Source: a virus
IMG/VR virus record: IMGVR_UViG_3300045988_154953
DNA length: 64,000 nucleotides
Strand: one strand, 5' to 3'
Shown: in pieces, positions 37,352 to 47,032 of the stretch
Numbering within the stretch: position 1 is the stretch's first letter
How the letters are laid out: each line of letters opens with the position of its first letter
The notes under the pieces: generated by a model
Told to the model about the DNA's origin: nothing
What the model saw: only the letters and a program-made list of their open reading frames with translations
Databases searched by the model: none
Position numbers and translations under genes: made by a program

Positions 37352-37380
37352 AAGAACCATATCATTTAGATACAGTTCTT
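37352..37380 (-). terminator. Intrinsic terminator, near-copy of the 29642..29669 hairpin
   Basis: AAGAACCATATC-attta-GATACAGTTCTT (10 of 12 bp) then TTAATTTTTAAAA on the minus strand. Confidence 0.6.
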
Positions 37381-37493
37381 TACACCATCGTTATAATCTC
37401 TTCGATATTCATCTAACCGAGAGATACCTATCACCGATTCAATTTTATAAATATTACATACCAACTAATCGCCAAATTAATTATAGCTGTAAA

Positions 37494-37567
37494 TGGGTAT
37501 AAGTGGACTTGAACCACCGACTCACGATTTAAAAGACCGTTACTCTATCCAACTGAGTTACATACCC
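37494..37567 (-). tRNA. tRNA-Lys (anticodon TTT)
   Basis: Hand-folded: acceptor GGGTATG/TATACCC, D arm ACTC..GAGT, anticodon loop CTTTTAA, T arm GGTGG-TTCAAGT-CCACT. Confidence 0.85.
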
Positions 37568-38409
37568 AAAATAAAAAATCCCATGCATTACACATGAGAC
37601 TTTCATTCCTATTAGGCTGAGATATTTGACCTAACACGTTACCATCTGCTGCCGTTGGAGACAGTTCATCACACAGCCGATTAAACTGTAGGTAACAACG
37701 ACACTGATTTTGTGAAAATCAGCAAAAATCTTACAATGAGGTATTATAGATTTCCTTTTTGCACATCGTTCCTTGCGAGATTCAAAGATTGCAGTCTTTT
37801 ACGGTTGCACATATTCGTACTTCCTTACATGTCGCTTTGCGAGCTTCATGCATGTTCATATTACAGAACAATAAGTCGTTTATTTCCTCAAAGTTGCACA
37901 CACTTTTGCTTGTTAATATAAAATTATTTGAAATTAATGCTTTTAAATCTTTATTTAATTTTTCAATCATAAGAAAGTATGTACGTATTATGGATGATGA
38001 GGTGTACATTCGACCATTCGTGACTTTTGATCACGACCCAATCATCACCATCCTGGTCACTTTGCGAGTTTCCTTTAGACTATTCCAACTATCTTTCGAT
38101 TTGAGTCAGAAATGTCCAATTAATACAGCACTTGCTCTTGCGGAGTTTGCACCATAAAACAATCTTACCGTCCACCCATTTCTGAGTTTATTTATAGTAC
38201 TTTTTACATAATACCCGACCAACCATCATCCTCAGCGGATGCCCCAAGATTTTAGGTTGGAACGTTAGTAAGTATTGGTTTTCCGTCACCCTCTTTCGAG
38301 AGGCACTTTAGCACGAACACTAAGAATGCTTTATACGTGTCACCACGCTTATTTTCAGTCTAATATAGACTCTGGAACCGAAACCGTCCCAGCCTACAAA
38401 GTAGGAGAG
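37568..38409 (-). other. About 840-nt ORF-free, G+C-richer, hairpin-rich segment between tRNA-Lys and tRNA-Met (large ncRNA candidate)
   Basis: Only short RBS-less ORFs on either strand; hairpins include 37706..37720, 38227..38241 and 38290..38303; no tRNA-type T-loops. Confidence 0.4.
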
Positions 38410-38484
38410 TAGCGAGAGTTGGATTTGAACCAACATATGACACAGAGAATGAATCTGCCGAGTTACCAAATACTCTATCTCGCA
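38410..38484 (-). tRNA. tRNA-Met (anticodon CAT; could be the Ile2 type)
   Basis: Hand-folded: D arm GAGT..ACTC, anticodon stem GCAGA/TCTGT with loop TTCATTC, T arm GTTGG-TTCAAAT-CCAAC; terminal acceptor pair mismatched, so ends are uncertain. Confidence 0.75.
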
Positions 38485-38486
38485 AA

Positions 38487-38580
38487 CGAAGAGAGCAGGA
38501 TTTGAACCTGCGGTACATAAACTTAATTTGTACGTCTGATTAGCAGTCAGATACGATAAACCAAACTCCGTCATCTCTTC
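38487..38580 (-). tRNA. tRNA-Ser (anticodon GCT), long variable arm
   Basis: Hand-folded: acceptor GAAGAGA/TCTCTTC, anticodon loop CTGCTAA, variable arm GTACA..TGTAC, T arm GCAGG-TTCAAAT-CCTGC. Confidence 0.85.
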
Positions 38581-38765
38581 TTATTTCCATAACAACACAA
38601 TCATTGTCCTGGATTTTATGTCTTCTATACTGCCCGTTTAGAGCTGTGTTTTCTATATCTCATATAGAAATGCTTAATATTACATAGTATGATGAATTAG
38701 TCATGTTGGAGGTTGAGGGATACTATATTTCTATAGTACCCCCATTATTCTTGAAAACGTATTGC

Positions 38766-39551
38766 CTATTTCTTAACTGTTTTAGCCTGCTTTAAACTAG
38801 CTGGGCCAAAACTACCATCAACTGATAATCCTTCTGCCTTTTGAAAAGCTTCAACTGCTGCTTTTGTCTTAGCTCCGAAAGATTTATCAACCTTGTCTTT
38901 GTAAACACCATACCACTGTAAAAATAATTGCAAATATTTAACCCGATCACCAGTATCACCTAACTTTAAACATCCCTTGGAAGGTAAAGTTGGAAATGTA
39001 CCATTATATGATCTCTTCTTAGAAATATTGCTTGTAATTGTCTTATTTTTGCGAATAAACCAAATACAATTAGTATCATAACGTAATGTTTCTGGACTGT
39101 AATAACCTGTACGTCCTCTAGCACCAGAATCTCTTACATATAACTTGCCATCTTTATAATCTGTAATAGCAATGAAATGACCACCTGATGTCCAGAAATT
39201 ATCTTTTCCGCCATTTTTAGTACCAACAACTAAAAAAATAGCCCACCAGTCACCAGTTGCATTTTTAATTTGATCCATAGCTTCATTCCAAATTGAACCA
39301 CCTTTATGTTCCGGTTTATAATATATTGAATTAAATCCATAATGTCGAATAGCATCTGTCATACCCGCTCGTGTTGTACCTGAAGAAGAGAAGTATCCCT
39401 GATCATATAACCAAGTGGCAGTTTTCTTTGGAGTAATGTTTGTATCTCTATTATATACAATAGAAGCTAAAGAACATGGGCCACATCCAGAAATTGGCAT
39501 AGAAACACCACATACTGTTCCCCATTGAGATTGAGTAAATGTCTTGCTCAT
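38766..39551 (-). CDS. Cysteine peptidase (C39-like/papain-fold) lysin with C-terminal peptidoglycan-binding domain
   Basis: SGCGPCSLASIVYN (Cys nucleophile context), GGHFIAITDY (His); C-terminal FGAKTKAAVEAFQKAEGLSVDGSFG PG_binding_1-like. Confidence 0.65.
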   Translation of the reverse strand: MSKTFTQSQWGTVCGVSMPISGCGPCSLASIVYNRDTNITPKKTATWLYDQGYFSSSGTTRAGMTDAIRHYGFNSIYYKPEHKGGSIWNEAMDQIKNATGDWWAIFLVVGTKNGGKDNFWTSGGHFIAITDYKDGKLYVRDSGARGRTGYYSPETLRYDTNCIWFIRKNKTITSNISKKRSYNGTFPTLPSKGCLKLGDTGDRVKYLQLFLQWYGVYKDKVDKSFGAKTKAAVEAFQKAEGLSVDGSFGPASLKQAKTVKK

Positions 39552-39593
39552 AGCTGCCTCCTTATAATAATAATAATAATATAAAATAGAAAT

Positions 39594-39623
39594 GTGGAAT
39601 TAACCTATGACAGTTAATCCCAC
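39594..39623 (-). terminator. Intrinsic terminator after the HU gene
   Basis: GTGGGATTAAC..GTTAATTCCAC (10 of 11 bp) followed by a T-rich tract on the minus strand. Confidence 0.55.
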
Positions 39624-39664
39624 TAGATGATAAACATAAAAGAATTTATTTAGAATTTTATTGA

Positions 39665-39940
39665 TTAACCTTTAATATATTCCTTAACAATAGTACCGAA
39701 CTTACACTTTGGTGCCATATGAGCTGGTACAACAACAGCTTCACCTGTCTGAGGATTTCTTGCTGTTCTTTCTGCAACTTCCTTACCACTAAGTGTTACT
39801 GAGTCAATAATCTTTACGGACTCACCATTCTTCATTGCTTCATAAACAACTGACTGAACAGCGTCTAAAACTTCTCTTGCATCCTTCTGTGTAATTTTTG
39901 CTTCTGCGGCTACTGCCTTAATAAATTCTGATTTTGTCAT
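39665..39940 (-). CDS. HU/IHF-family DNA-binding protein
   Basis: MTKSEFIKAVAAEA...ARNPQTGEAVVVPAHMAPKFK-like arm signature; start set after AAAGGAGAA. Confidence 0.85.
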   Translation of the reverse strand: MTKSEFIKAVAAEAKITQKDAREVLDAVQSVVYEAMKNGESVKIIDSVTLSGKEVAERTARNPQTGEAVVVPAHMAPKCKFGTIVKEYIKG

Positions 39941-40263
39941 TTTAAATTTTCTCCTTTTTCTCAAAATATTTTTATTGTCTCTTCATGACAGAAGAGTACT
40001 TTTACATAATAAAAAAGCCACATATAATGCCTGTGGCAAGGGCATAAAACAATATTGCAATTCCGTACTTATTCACGCATTGGAAATAGCGTGGATGGAC
40101 AACTTTTCTTCAAACAACTATTTAATCACATGTGTAATATTTTTTACCTAAAGGATTAACGTAGTGAAAAGTATTTCCCTCATACTACACACGAATTTTA
40201 ATATTAAAAAATTCCTTATTTTATATTGGATTTATTGTGATGAAATAAAATATTTACGGAAAA

Positions 40264-43044
40264 TTATTGAACTTTTTTTGAAAAATTAGACAAAAACAAA
40301 TCTTTATTCATTTTATATAGAAGTTTCAGAACATTTCTTGTATATTTCGTATATTGTTTAAACTCTTTTAAATTTACACCAACACCTGAACTCATACCTA
40401 AAGATGTTTCGATTAATCGATTAATAGTTTTTAGATTTTTTATTTTAATGGCTCTTAATTTTTCAATTATACGATCATTTTCGGCCTCAACTCTTATCAT
40501 TCTATCTTCTGAACTTTTTGTGTTATGTGTAATATCATAGATATTTTCATTATATTCTTCAGCCAATTGACGTATTTTCGTCATTTGTTTATGATTCGCA
40601 GTTCCATTTATTTTAATAAAAAATTTCTCTGTCGGAATAGTATTGGAACTAGAAATATTTTTTATTTTTTTTAAGGAATTTTGTAAATCATTCATTGGGC
40701 AAATCAAATCACTATTAATACGTAATGATAATTGATCTTTTTCTTTTTGAATTTGTTCATACGGAATCTCTTTACCATTTTTCGTATGCTTAATCTTTTT
40801 TGTATACTTCATGAATTCTGGAAAGTCTTCTTTTGTAACAATTTCCTTTTTTATAACCTCGCCATTTTCATCCTCATATTCTATGTATTTTATAACTTTG
40901 TTGTTTTTCATAGATGGAAGCTTTTTTATACGTTTTATTTCTTGAATACCATCAACTTCATATTCTCGTTTACAACCATCTATTATAATTTGAGCAATAA
41001 CTGATAAAATAACAAAATTATCGTATAACTCATTCAGTTCCTCTTCGTCTGGATTATCTTTTTGTTTCTCAGTCCAATAATATGTCATGGCCAATTGAGC
41101 AAGATTACTAGATTCGCCAATACCAATTCTGGATTTAGCAAATTTATTATCCATACGAGCATATTCTTTCAAAGTATTATTATAAGTAATACCACTTTCT
41201 TTTAACTTATTAACAATTGTTGGGAATTCTTCATATGCTTTTTTAGCATTTCGAACCATCACCGGATGATTTGTTACAAAGAAAAAATCACTATCAAAAT
41301 CACATCCGTTAGCACGATCTTGGATATCTGTATGGATACAATTTACAGCTAATATATTAGGGCTAAATTCAAAATATTTTTTCATTAAATCGCTATGATG
41401 ATTATGTAAATAACAAATGTTATTAGGACTATTGTGGGGATTTCTTATACCACATAAGTATTCGTCATCGTTAAAGCGTGTAGTATAGCATTGAATTGTT
41501 CCAGGTTCAACATTCAATGTTGGATCATTCTCCCAATTTTCGTCAACAGTATAGAGTAGTAGTGCATATGGATTTCCACAAATCGTTAAATTATCAGCGT
41601 TAACAGTTATTTTACCGGTTCTCAATTTATCCACATACGTTTTAATAATTTGTCTCTTTTCGTATCTAAACCATGTGCTATTAGCAAAATCATTGTTGTG
41701 GTCATATAAATCAGCAAGCATTTCATAATGATTTATTGTATTCTTATTTTTTCGTAAAAACTTTTCAAAATAATCATTATCAGTTTTTAATTTATTCACA
41801 TATTGAATGCTCGTATTAGCTAATTCATCAATATCTTCTTTGCTACATGGAAGAGTATTAACCATTTGATAACTCATTTGCTGTACATCATCTAATTTAC
41901 TAGGATGATCAGTTTTTACAATACCAAAAAATGACCCATCGGCATTTACTCTTTGACACCAATATTCATATGCATCTCTAGGAGTTTCACCCATCAACGA
42001 CATGAATTTCTTCCATTTAATAGCATTATCAGTTGTAATCATTTTAATATCTTTTACATAATGCCATTTACCAAACATATCTTGAATTTGATAGGTATTA
42101 TAATCATATTGGTTTTTTATACACCAATCTCTAAGAAATTTTTGAATATAAGTTTTGAAAGCACATGCTTTGAAAAAATGATTTCTTAAAAGTGCCATGC
42201 CATTAACAAATTTTGGAAGTGTAGATGCTTCAATTAACGCCATACCATCCCATAAAGTATTTTTGACTTTAATTGTATCATTATTAACAACACATTTTTT
42301 TTGAGTTTTCTCATTAACAGTATATTCTTCTGCTTGAACAATTTTGGCAGCAGTTTGAAAAAAACTATCTTGATCTTTAAGAATAAGTATATCTTCAACA
42401 GGAAGATAAAACTTTTCGACAATTGTACTTGTTGTTAATGGTGCATAAGCTGACATTTCAACAATTTTAGCATCATTTTTAGGAAGTTTCTTACCAAGTC
42501 CCATTGTCAGCCAATCGTATGCTTTTTTATACAATTTGCTATTTATAAACATTGCCTGACCAACTTTAGCTTTTGAAGAATTACGATATAACATTTTATA
42601 ATGAATTGTTTGTTCTGTTATTTTTTCATCTTTCTTTGTGTTATATTTTATAGACACACCATTTTCATAAAAATCTTCACGAATTTCATCTCTTGACTTT
42701 TTAATATAATTATCTCTATTAGACTCTATTTTAGCGTATAAATTACGGATTCTATTTTTAGATTCTTCATCAAGTTTTTCGTCATTTTCATAATCACCAA
42801 ATTGTTTATTTAAGTGTTTGATTTCCTCATCATATGTTCTTGATCCAAAATCAAAATCTAAACAAATAATATCTCTAGTGCTTTTTTTATTCCAATCATT
42901 TAGTCCATTATCTTTTATATAATCATAAAACAAACTTTTACTAAACATTGCATCTGTGTATTCATATCTATCTCTAACACCTTGATTATATCCAAATAAC
43001 GTACCAGCCTTTATATTTTTTATTTTTAATCCATATTTTGACAT
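40264..43044 (-). CDS. Two-barrel RNA polymerase-like protein (eukaryotic RdRP / YonO-type DbDxD signature)
   Basis: GIRNPHNSPNNICYL ...(33 aa)... DRANGCDFDSDFFFVTNHP parallels the RdRP signature NPCLHPGD...SGSDLDGDLYFVSWD. Confidence 0.55.
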   Translation of the reverse strand: MSKYGLKIKNIKAGTLFGYNQGVRDRYEYTDAMFSKSLFYDYIKDNGLNDWNKKSTRDIICLDFDFGSRTYDEEIKHLNKQFGDYENDEKLDEESKNRIRNLYAKIESNRDNYIKKSRDEIREDFYENGVSIKYNTKKDEKITEQTIHYKMLYRNSSKAKVGQAMFINSKLYKKAYDWLTMGLGKKLPKNDAKIVEMSAYAPLTTSTIVEKFYLPVEDILILKDQDSFFQTAAKIVQAEEYTVNEKTQKKCVVNNDTIKVKNTLWDGMALIEASTLPKFVNGMALLRNHFFKACAFKTYIQKFLRDWCIKNQYDYNTYQIQDMFGKWHYVKDIKMITTDNAIKWKKFMSLMGETPRDAYEYWCQRVNADGSFFGIVKTDHPSKLDDVQQMSYQMVNTLPCSKEDIDELANTSIQYVNKLKTDNDYFEKFLRKNKNTINHYEMLADLYDHNNDFANSTWFRYEKRQIIKTYVDKLRTGKITVNADNLTICGNPYALLLYTVDENWENDPTLNVEPGTIQCYTTRFNDDEYLCGIRNPHNSPNNICYLHNHHSDLMKKYFEFSPNILAVNCIHTDIQDRANGCDFDSDFFFVTNHPVMVRNAKKAYEEFPTIVNKLKESGITYNNTLKEYARMDNKFAKSRIGIGESSNLAQLAMTYYWTEKQKDNPDEEELNELYDNFVILSVIAQIIIDGCKREYEVDGIQEIKRIKKLPSMKNNKVIKYIEYEDENGEVIKKEIVTKEDFPEFMKYTKKIKHTKNGKEIPYEQIQKEKDQLSLRINSDLICPMNDLQNSLKKIKNISSSNTIPTEKFFIKINGTANHKQMTKIRQLAEEYNENIYDITHNTKSSEDRMIRVEAENDRIIEKLRAIKIKNLKTINRLIETSLGMSSGVGVNLKEFKQYTKYTRNVLKLLYKMNKDLFLSNFSKKVQ

Positions 43045-43059
43045 CTACCTTATCACCTT

Positions 43060-44805
43060 CTAACTCATTTGTACTTGATAACCATATATGCTATTCAATT
43101 GTCTTTTCTTCGGCTTCTTCTGTTTTTTCAACTTCTTCAATTTCTTTTGATACTCTGTTAATTCTTTTTCTAATTTTTTCTTCTCTAAATAATTACGACA
43201 GTTTTTAATCTGTATCTTTAATTTTCGAATATACTTTTTTGTATCCTCTTCAGTCGTATCAACTTCATGTTCTGATTCAGTTAATTCTGCAGCTAATCCC
43301 GTATCTACAAGTCGTTGATATTCTTCGTTTACGGTGAATGCTAATTCAGGATTGAAATCAAGATTTCTTCCATTAATATATTCATTTGTTGATTGTACCG
43401 GTATATTTACATAATTATTTAGCATCCGACTAATGTTTTCTTCAAATGAGGTAACATTTTGTTTAAATTCAACCATACTCATTTGATCCTTTTTGATTTT
43501 CGTCAATCGTTCATTATAATATTCTCTTAATTCATCAGAGAATGTTTTCATTAAATCATTCCATTGAATCAACTCTATTTCTTCTATATTAATAGACTTA
43601 ACATAGTCAATAATATCCTGAACGAATTCCAATGTAAGAATAAACGTCTCATACTTCAACGTGCTACGAAAACATCTAAACTCAATTGTTTCTGAGTGTT
43701 GTAAATTTAAAGCAACTCGTTTACCATTATTTTTGTATTTACCATATAAATCAACAATACTTGTTTCATTCTTACCATTCCCAACAAATTGACTATAGAA
43801 ATTATTTCTCCTGGCAATAACACAAATTTCATCATTAAATTTTTCAAGGATATATAAAATCTTAGAGATAGTAAGCTGCTGCATTAACTCTGTTTTACCA
43901 AGATACTTTCTATCAGCGTGTATATGTAAACCGGCACTATTTGCATCATGACCTTTGTATCCTTGTTTATCCAAATATTCAAACATCTGTTTGTAATTTA
44001 AAGTCTTATGATATTCTAAGCTGCATGGCATTGTATCTAATTCGATTTGAACTGTACTGTCACTTGTACTATAAATTAAATTCTCATCATCAGTATCCGA
44101 TCCATTCATGATTTGAATACATTTCTTTACAACACTTTCACGATTATCTTTCTCATTCTCATTCGTGTTTTCAGCAACCTCGATCTCAGCACCGAGTAGA
44201 AGAGGAGTGTCTTCAGTATCTAACTTATGATGAACATATTTCGGTTTATAATTATATGGATGAATATATTTTTTTATGTTAGAATGACCAAAACATTCGT
44301 ATAATAAATCAACATTAAAATAAGAATTATTACTAAATAATGTACCTGCACTACTAAAATAATTCTGTCTGCCAGTTATATTTCCATTATTCATATTTGG
44401 TTCTAATGAAGAACTTGGCACAACACATTCTCCTAATGGTAATCTTCTTTGTCTAATTAAACGTTGATAAACTCTATTCAAACTAGTTGTACTTAAATTG
44501 GAAAGATTATAGATTCTTATGGCACTTAAATAACTATCAAAATTACGAGGATGCTCACTTATACATCCATTTTCATCAAAAAATGTTTCATTTATATGAA
44601 AATTGTAACTTCTCCGTATAAAATTGTTAAAACTTTCTATATTGAACGAGTATACTTTATCAAGTTGATAATCATTAGTTCTAGTTACAATACGTATATT
44701 ATTACCAAGTCTTTCTGTATGTATAATTAACGCACCGTCGATAGTATAAGGATCCTGCATACTAATTATATGTCCATTAAGTTGAATATCTGGTATAAGT
44801 CTCAT
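43060..44805 (-). CDS. Amidoligase_2-like (glutamine-synthetase-fold) domain protein with Lys-rich coiled-coil tail
   Basis: LLLGAEIEV, DSTVQIELDTMP, AGLHIHAD and ALNLQHSETIEFRCFRSTL in the order expected for the amidoligase family; start set to MRLIPD after AAAGGAGAAA. Confidence 0.55.
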   Translation of the reverse strand: MRLIPDIQLNGHIISMQDPYTIDGALIIHTERLGNNIRIVTRTNDYQLDKVYSFNIESFNNFIRRSYNFHINETFFDENGCISEHPRNFDSYLSAIRIYNLSNLSTTSLNRVYQRLIRQRRLPLGECVVPSSSLEPNMNNGNITGRQNYFSSAGTLFSNNSYFNVDLLYECFGHSNIKKYIHPYNYKPKYVHHKLDTEDTPLLLGAEIEVAENTNENEKDNRESVVKKCIQIMNGSDTDDENLIYSTSDSTVQIELDTMPCSLEYHKTLNYKQMFEYLDKQGYKGHDANSAGLHIHADRKYLGKTELMQQLTISKILYILEKFNDEICVIARRNNFYSQFVGNGKNETSIVDLYGKYKNNGKRVALNLQHSETIEFRCFRSTLKYETFILTLEFVQDIIDYVKSINIEEIELIQWNDLMKTFSDELREYYNERLTKIKKDQMSMVEFKQNVTSFEENISRMLNNYVNIPVQSTNEYINGRNLDFNPELAFTVNEEYQRLVDTGLAAELTESEHEVDTTEEDTKKYIRKLKIQIKNCRNYLEKKKLEKELTEYQKKLKKLKKQKKPKKRQLNSIYGYQVQMS

Positions 44806-44816
44806 TTGTTTCTCCT

Positions 44817-45311
44817 TTAATCCCATAAATCCCAAAAGAATAAATTAAACAGTTTCATAAAAGCATTTTTATTTTGATTCATCACATTACAAATCCGTTT
44901 ATAATCATCCATAGTTCTGCAATTAAAATCATAGTCATCATCATATATATTCTTACCATATAGAACTTTTTCAACATAATCTTCATCCATCATTTGTAGA
45001 TGATAAATCATAGTATCTAAAACCATATTTGTTTGTTCACTTGTTAGAAATAAGCTATTAAAACTATATATATATTCTTCCGGCACATTAAATAAAGTAA
45101 AACGATCATTTTTGAGTCGCTTAAATATTTCTATTGTTCGTATTCGAAATATTGAATCATAATTCCACAGTTCTCTATAATCGTATCCTAACCAGGCACG
45201 CTGCCATGCATAATAAATATCTCTAAATATATTTTCGATTTTATATTTTAAACTACAATTTTTGTATTGAGTCCTATATTCTTTCAAAGAACCTTTTAAT
45301 CCTGATGACAT
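44817..45311 (-). CDS. Hypothetical protein
   Basis: 164-aa ORF, start abuts the upstream stop. Confidence 0.5.
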   Translation of the reverse strand: MSSGLKGSLKEYRTQYKNCSLKYKIENIFRDIYYAWQRAWLGYDYRELWNYDSIFRIRTIEIFKRLKNDRFTLFNVPEEYIYSFNSLFLTSEQTNMVLDTMIYHLQMMDEDYVEKVLYGKNIYDDDYDFNCRTMDDYKRICNVMNQNKNAFMKLFNLFFWDLWD

Positions 45312-45545
45312 TTACTCATCACCTAACTGAGAGACATCTTCTTTAATAGTCCAATTTCTATTAATACTTATTTCACTAGCATAAGTCATACAACCAGTAG
45401 CAGAATCATTATCTGTAATATCATGTTTACCTGATATAATATAACCATGTCTATCTTTGTCTATATTAATTATGTACTCATGACCAGATACAAATCCACA
45501 CATGGATCTTCCGGTATAAGTAGCTGTATATTTACCAATTAACAC
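45312..45545 (-). CDS. Hypothetical small protein
   Basis: 77-aa ORF, GTG start after AAAGGGGA. Confidence 0.45.
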   Translation of the reverse strand: MLIGKYTATYTGRSMCGFVSGHEYIINIDKDRHGYIISGKHDITDNDSATGCMTYASEISINRNWTIKEDVSQLGDE

Positions 45546-45913
45546 GAAAATTCGTCCCCTTTAGCTAATTTCTCATAATTTTTACCATACCAAGATTCGT
45601 CCGATGGACTATTCAAAATGCTACAGATATTTAGAATTAATCCTGGATTATCTCGACTTATTGTCACATATCTTTCATGAATACAATGATCGCAACAGCT
45701 CATAAATTCATCACGTTCTTTCCCAATAGAAGATAAGTACTTTTCGCATTCATGTTTTACAATCTTATTTAACTTTTTCCAATTCTTACAATACAAAAAA
45801 TTTAATAACTCAAAATCACATACATGCATATGATCAAGACTATCATGTTCTCTATTACGCCATAATTCAGTAAATATTTTATCTTCTTGTTTAAGTATAT
45901 CTATATCAGTCAT
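45539..45913 (-). CDS. Cys/His-rich hypothetical protein
   Basis: Start set to MTDIDIL after GGGAGTG. Confidence 0.5.
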   Translation of the reverse strand: MTDIDILKQEDKIFTELWRNREHDSLDHMHVCDFELLNFLYCKNWKKLNKIVKHECEKYLSSIGKERDEFMSCCDHCIHERYVTISRDNPGLILNICSILNSPSDESWYGKNYEKLAKGDEFSC

Positions 45914-45926
45914 AAACACTCCCGTT

Positions 45927-46091
45927 TTATTCAATTTTATACAAAATATAATTACCTTTACCACAAAATGGGCATTTAATTATTTTTCTCTCATAATAAA
46001 GAGGCTTATCATGTTTTTCGTGCACCACATCAGTATCAAGATATTGAAATAATCTATTACAACAATCGCAAATAATACTATATTTATACAT
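45927..46091 (-). CDS. Small zinc-ribbon protein
   Basis: CDCC...CPFC; start set to MYKYSII. Confidence 0.45.
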   Translation of the reverse strand: MYKYSIICDCCNRLFQYLDTDVVHEKHDKPLYYERKIIKCPFCGKGNYILYKIE

Positions 46092-46359
46092 TGTATGTCT
46101 CCACATCTTCAGCACTGATTATGTTCATCCCATATGGTAATAGTGCAAAACAACACTTTGGAAATTGTTCATTCAGACATTTACAAAATTGAACAGCTGT
46201 TTCTATATCCCATACATCAGAATCAAAACTTATAACATAACTTCCATCTTGAATGTCATTGAGAAGTGGAATATTAGCAGCCAATTCTTCAGCACATCTA
46301 TTTAATTTATCTCTATATTCATTCATTAAGTTTTTTAATGCCTCTTCTTTTAAATCCAT
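46084..46359 (-). CDS. Hypothetical small protein
   Basis: 91-aa ORF in a tightly coupled array. Confidence 0.5.
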   Translation of the reverse strand: MDLKEEALKNLMNEYRDKLNRCAEELAANIPLLNDIQDGSYVISFDSDVWDIETAVQFCKCLNEQFPKCCFALLPYGMNIISAEDVETYNV

Positions 46360-46634
46360 AATTTATCCTTCCTACAAAACTCTTCACATGTTTTATCAAA
46401 TCCATTAGTACTACAGTTATAATAATTCTTCTGACAACTCAAGCCCCAATCACCGCCACCAATCCAATATTTACAGTTAAAACAAATATCCATATCTTTT
46501 ATTAATTTATCATTTTCTAATCTACATGAGACTGTATGACCAATATTGGTTATACTACACACATTAAATTCGATTCCTTTAAGATCAACATATGTTTGTC
46601 TATACTTGCAGTCTTTACACATCATACCAATCAC
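46350..46634 (-). CDS. Cys-rich small protein
   Basis: Eleven Cys in 94 aa, including CKDC and CFNC. Confidence 0.5.
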   Translation of the reverse strand: MIGMMCKDCKYRQTYVDLKGIEFNVCSITNIGHTVSCRLENDKLIKDMDICFNCKYWIGGGDWGLSCQKNYYNCSTNGFDKTCEEFCRKDKLWI

Positions 46635-46636
46635 CT

Positions 46637-47002
46637 CTAAATAGAAGAGTACTCTTCATCATCATAAGTCCATTCATCATTATCTTCGCCTAATTCTTTT
46701 GACATCATTTCACAAAATTGTAAAATAAATTTATTTAATCCATCTGTCCAATATTCAAATAATCGTGTCCCTACACTTTCAAACTTAAATCTTTGTCCTC
46801 GTTCGTTCCATTCAAGAAAACCTATAGAAAAACAATACCTAGTAATTATCTTTTTCTTTCCTGTAAAGCCGTCTATTACTTCATAAGGATCACGATCTTT
46901 CCACTTAACTAGGTCAAATTTATATGGTTCAAAATGACCATCTAAATATGTAGGTGCTCTAAATTGAAATCCATCCCATTCATCTGTATATACTTTTACC
47001 AT
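46637..47002 (-). CDS. Hypothetical protein
   Basis: 121-aa ORF. Confidence 0.5.
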   Translation of the reverse strand: MVKVYTDEWDGFQFRAPTYLDGHFEPYKFDLVKWKDRDPYEVIDGFTGKKKIITRYCFSIGFLEWNERGQRFKFESVGTRLFEYWTDGLNKFILQFCEMMSKELGEDNDEWTYDDEEYSSI

Positions 47003-47032
47003 TTTTGCATCCTTATTTCTTTAATCATTAAA

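Noticed and set aside
37712-38574. ORFs 37712..37921, 37759..38157, 37782..38009 and 38320..38574
   Set aside because: They overlap each other on both strands and none has an RBS. The last one runs through tRNA-Met and tRNA-Ser. The region is better treated as non-coding.
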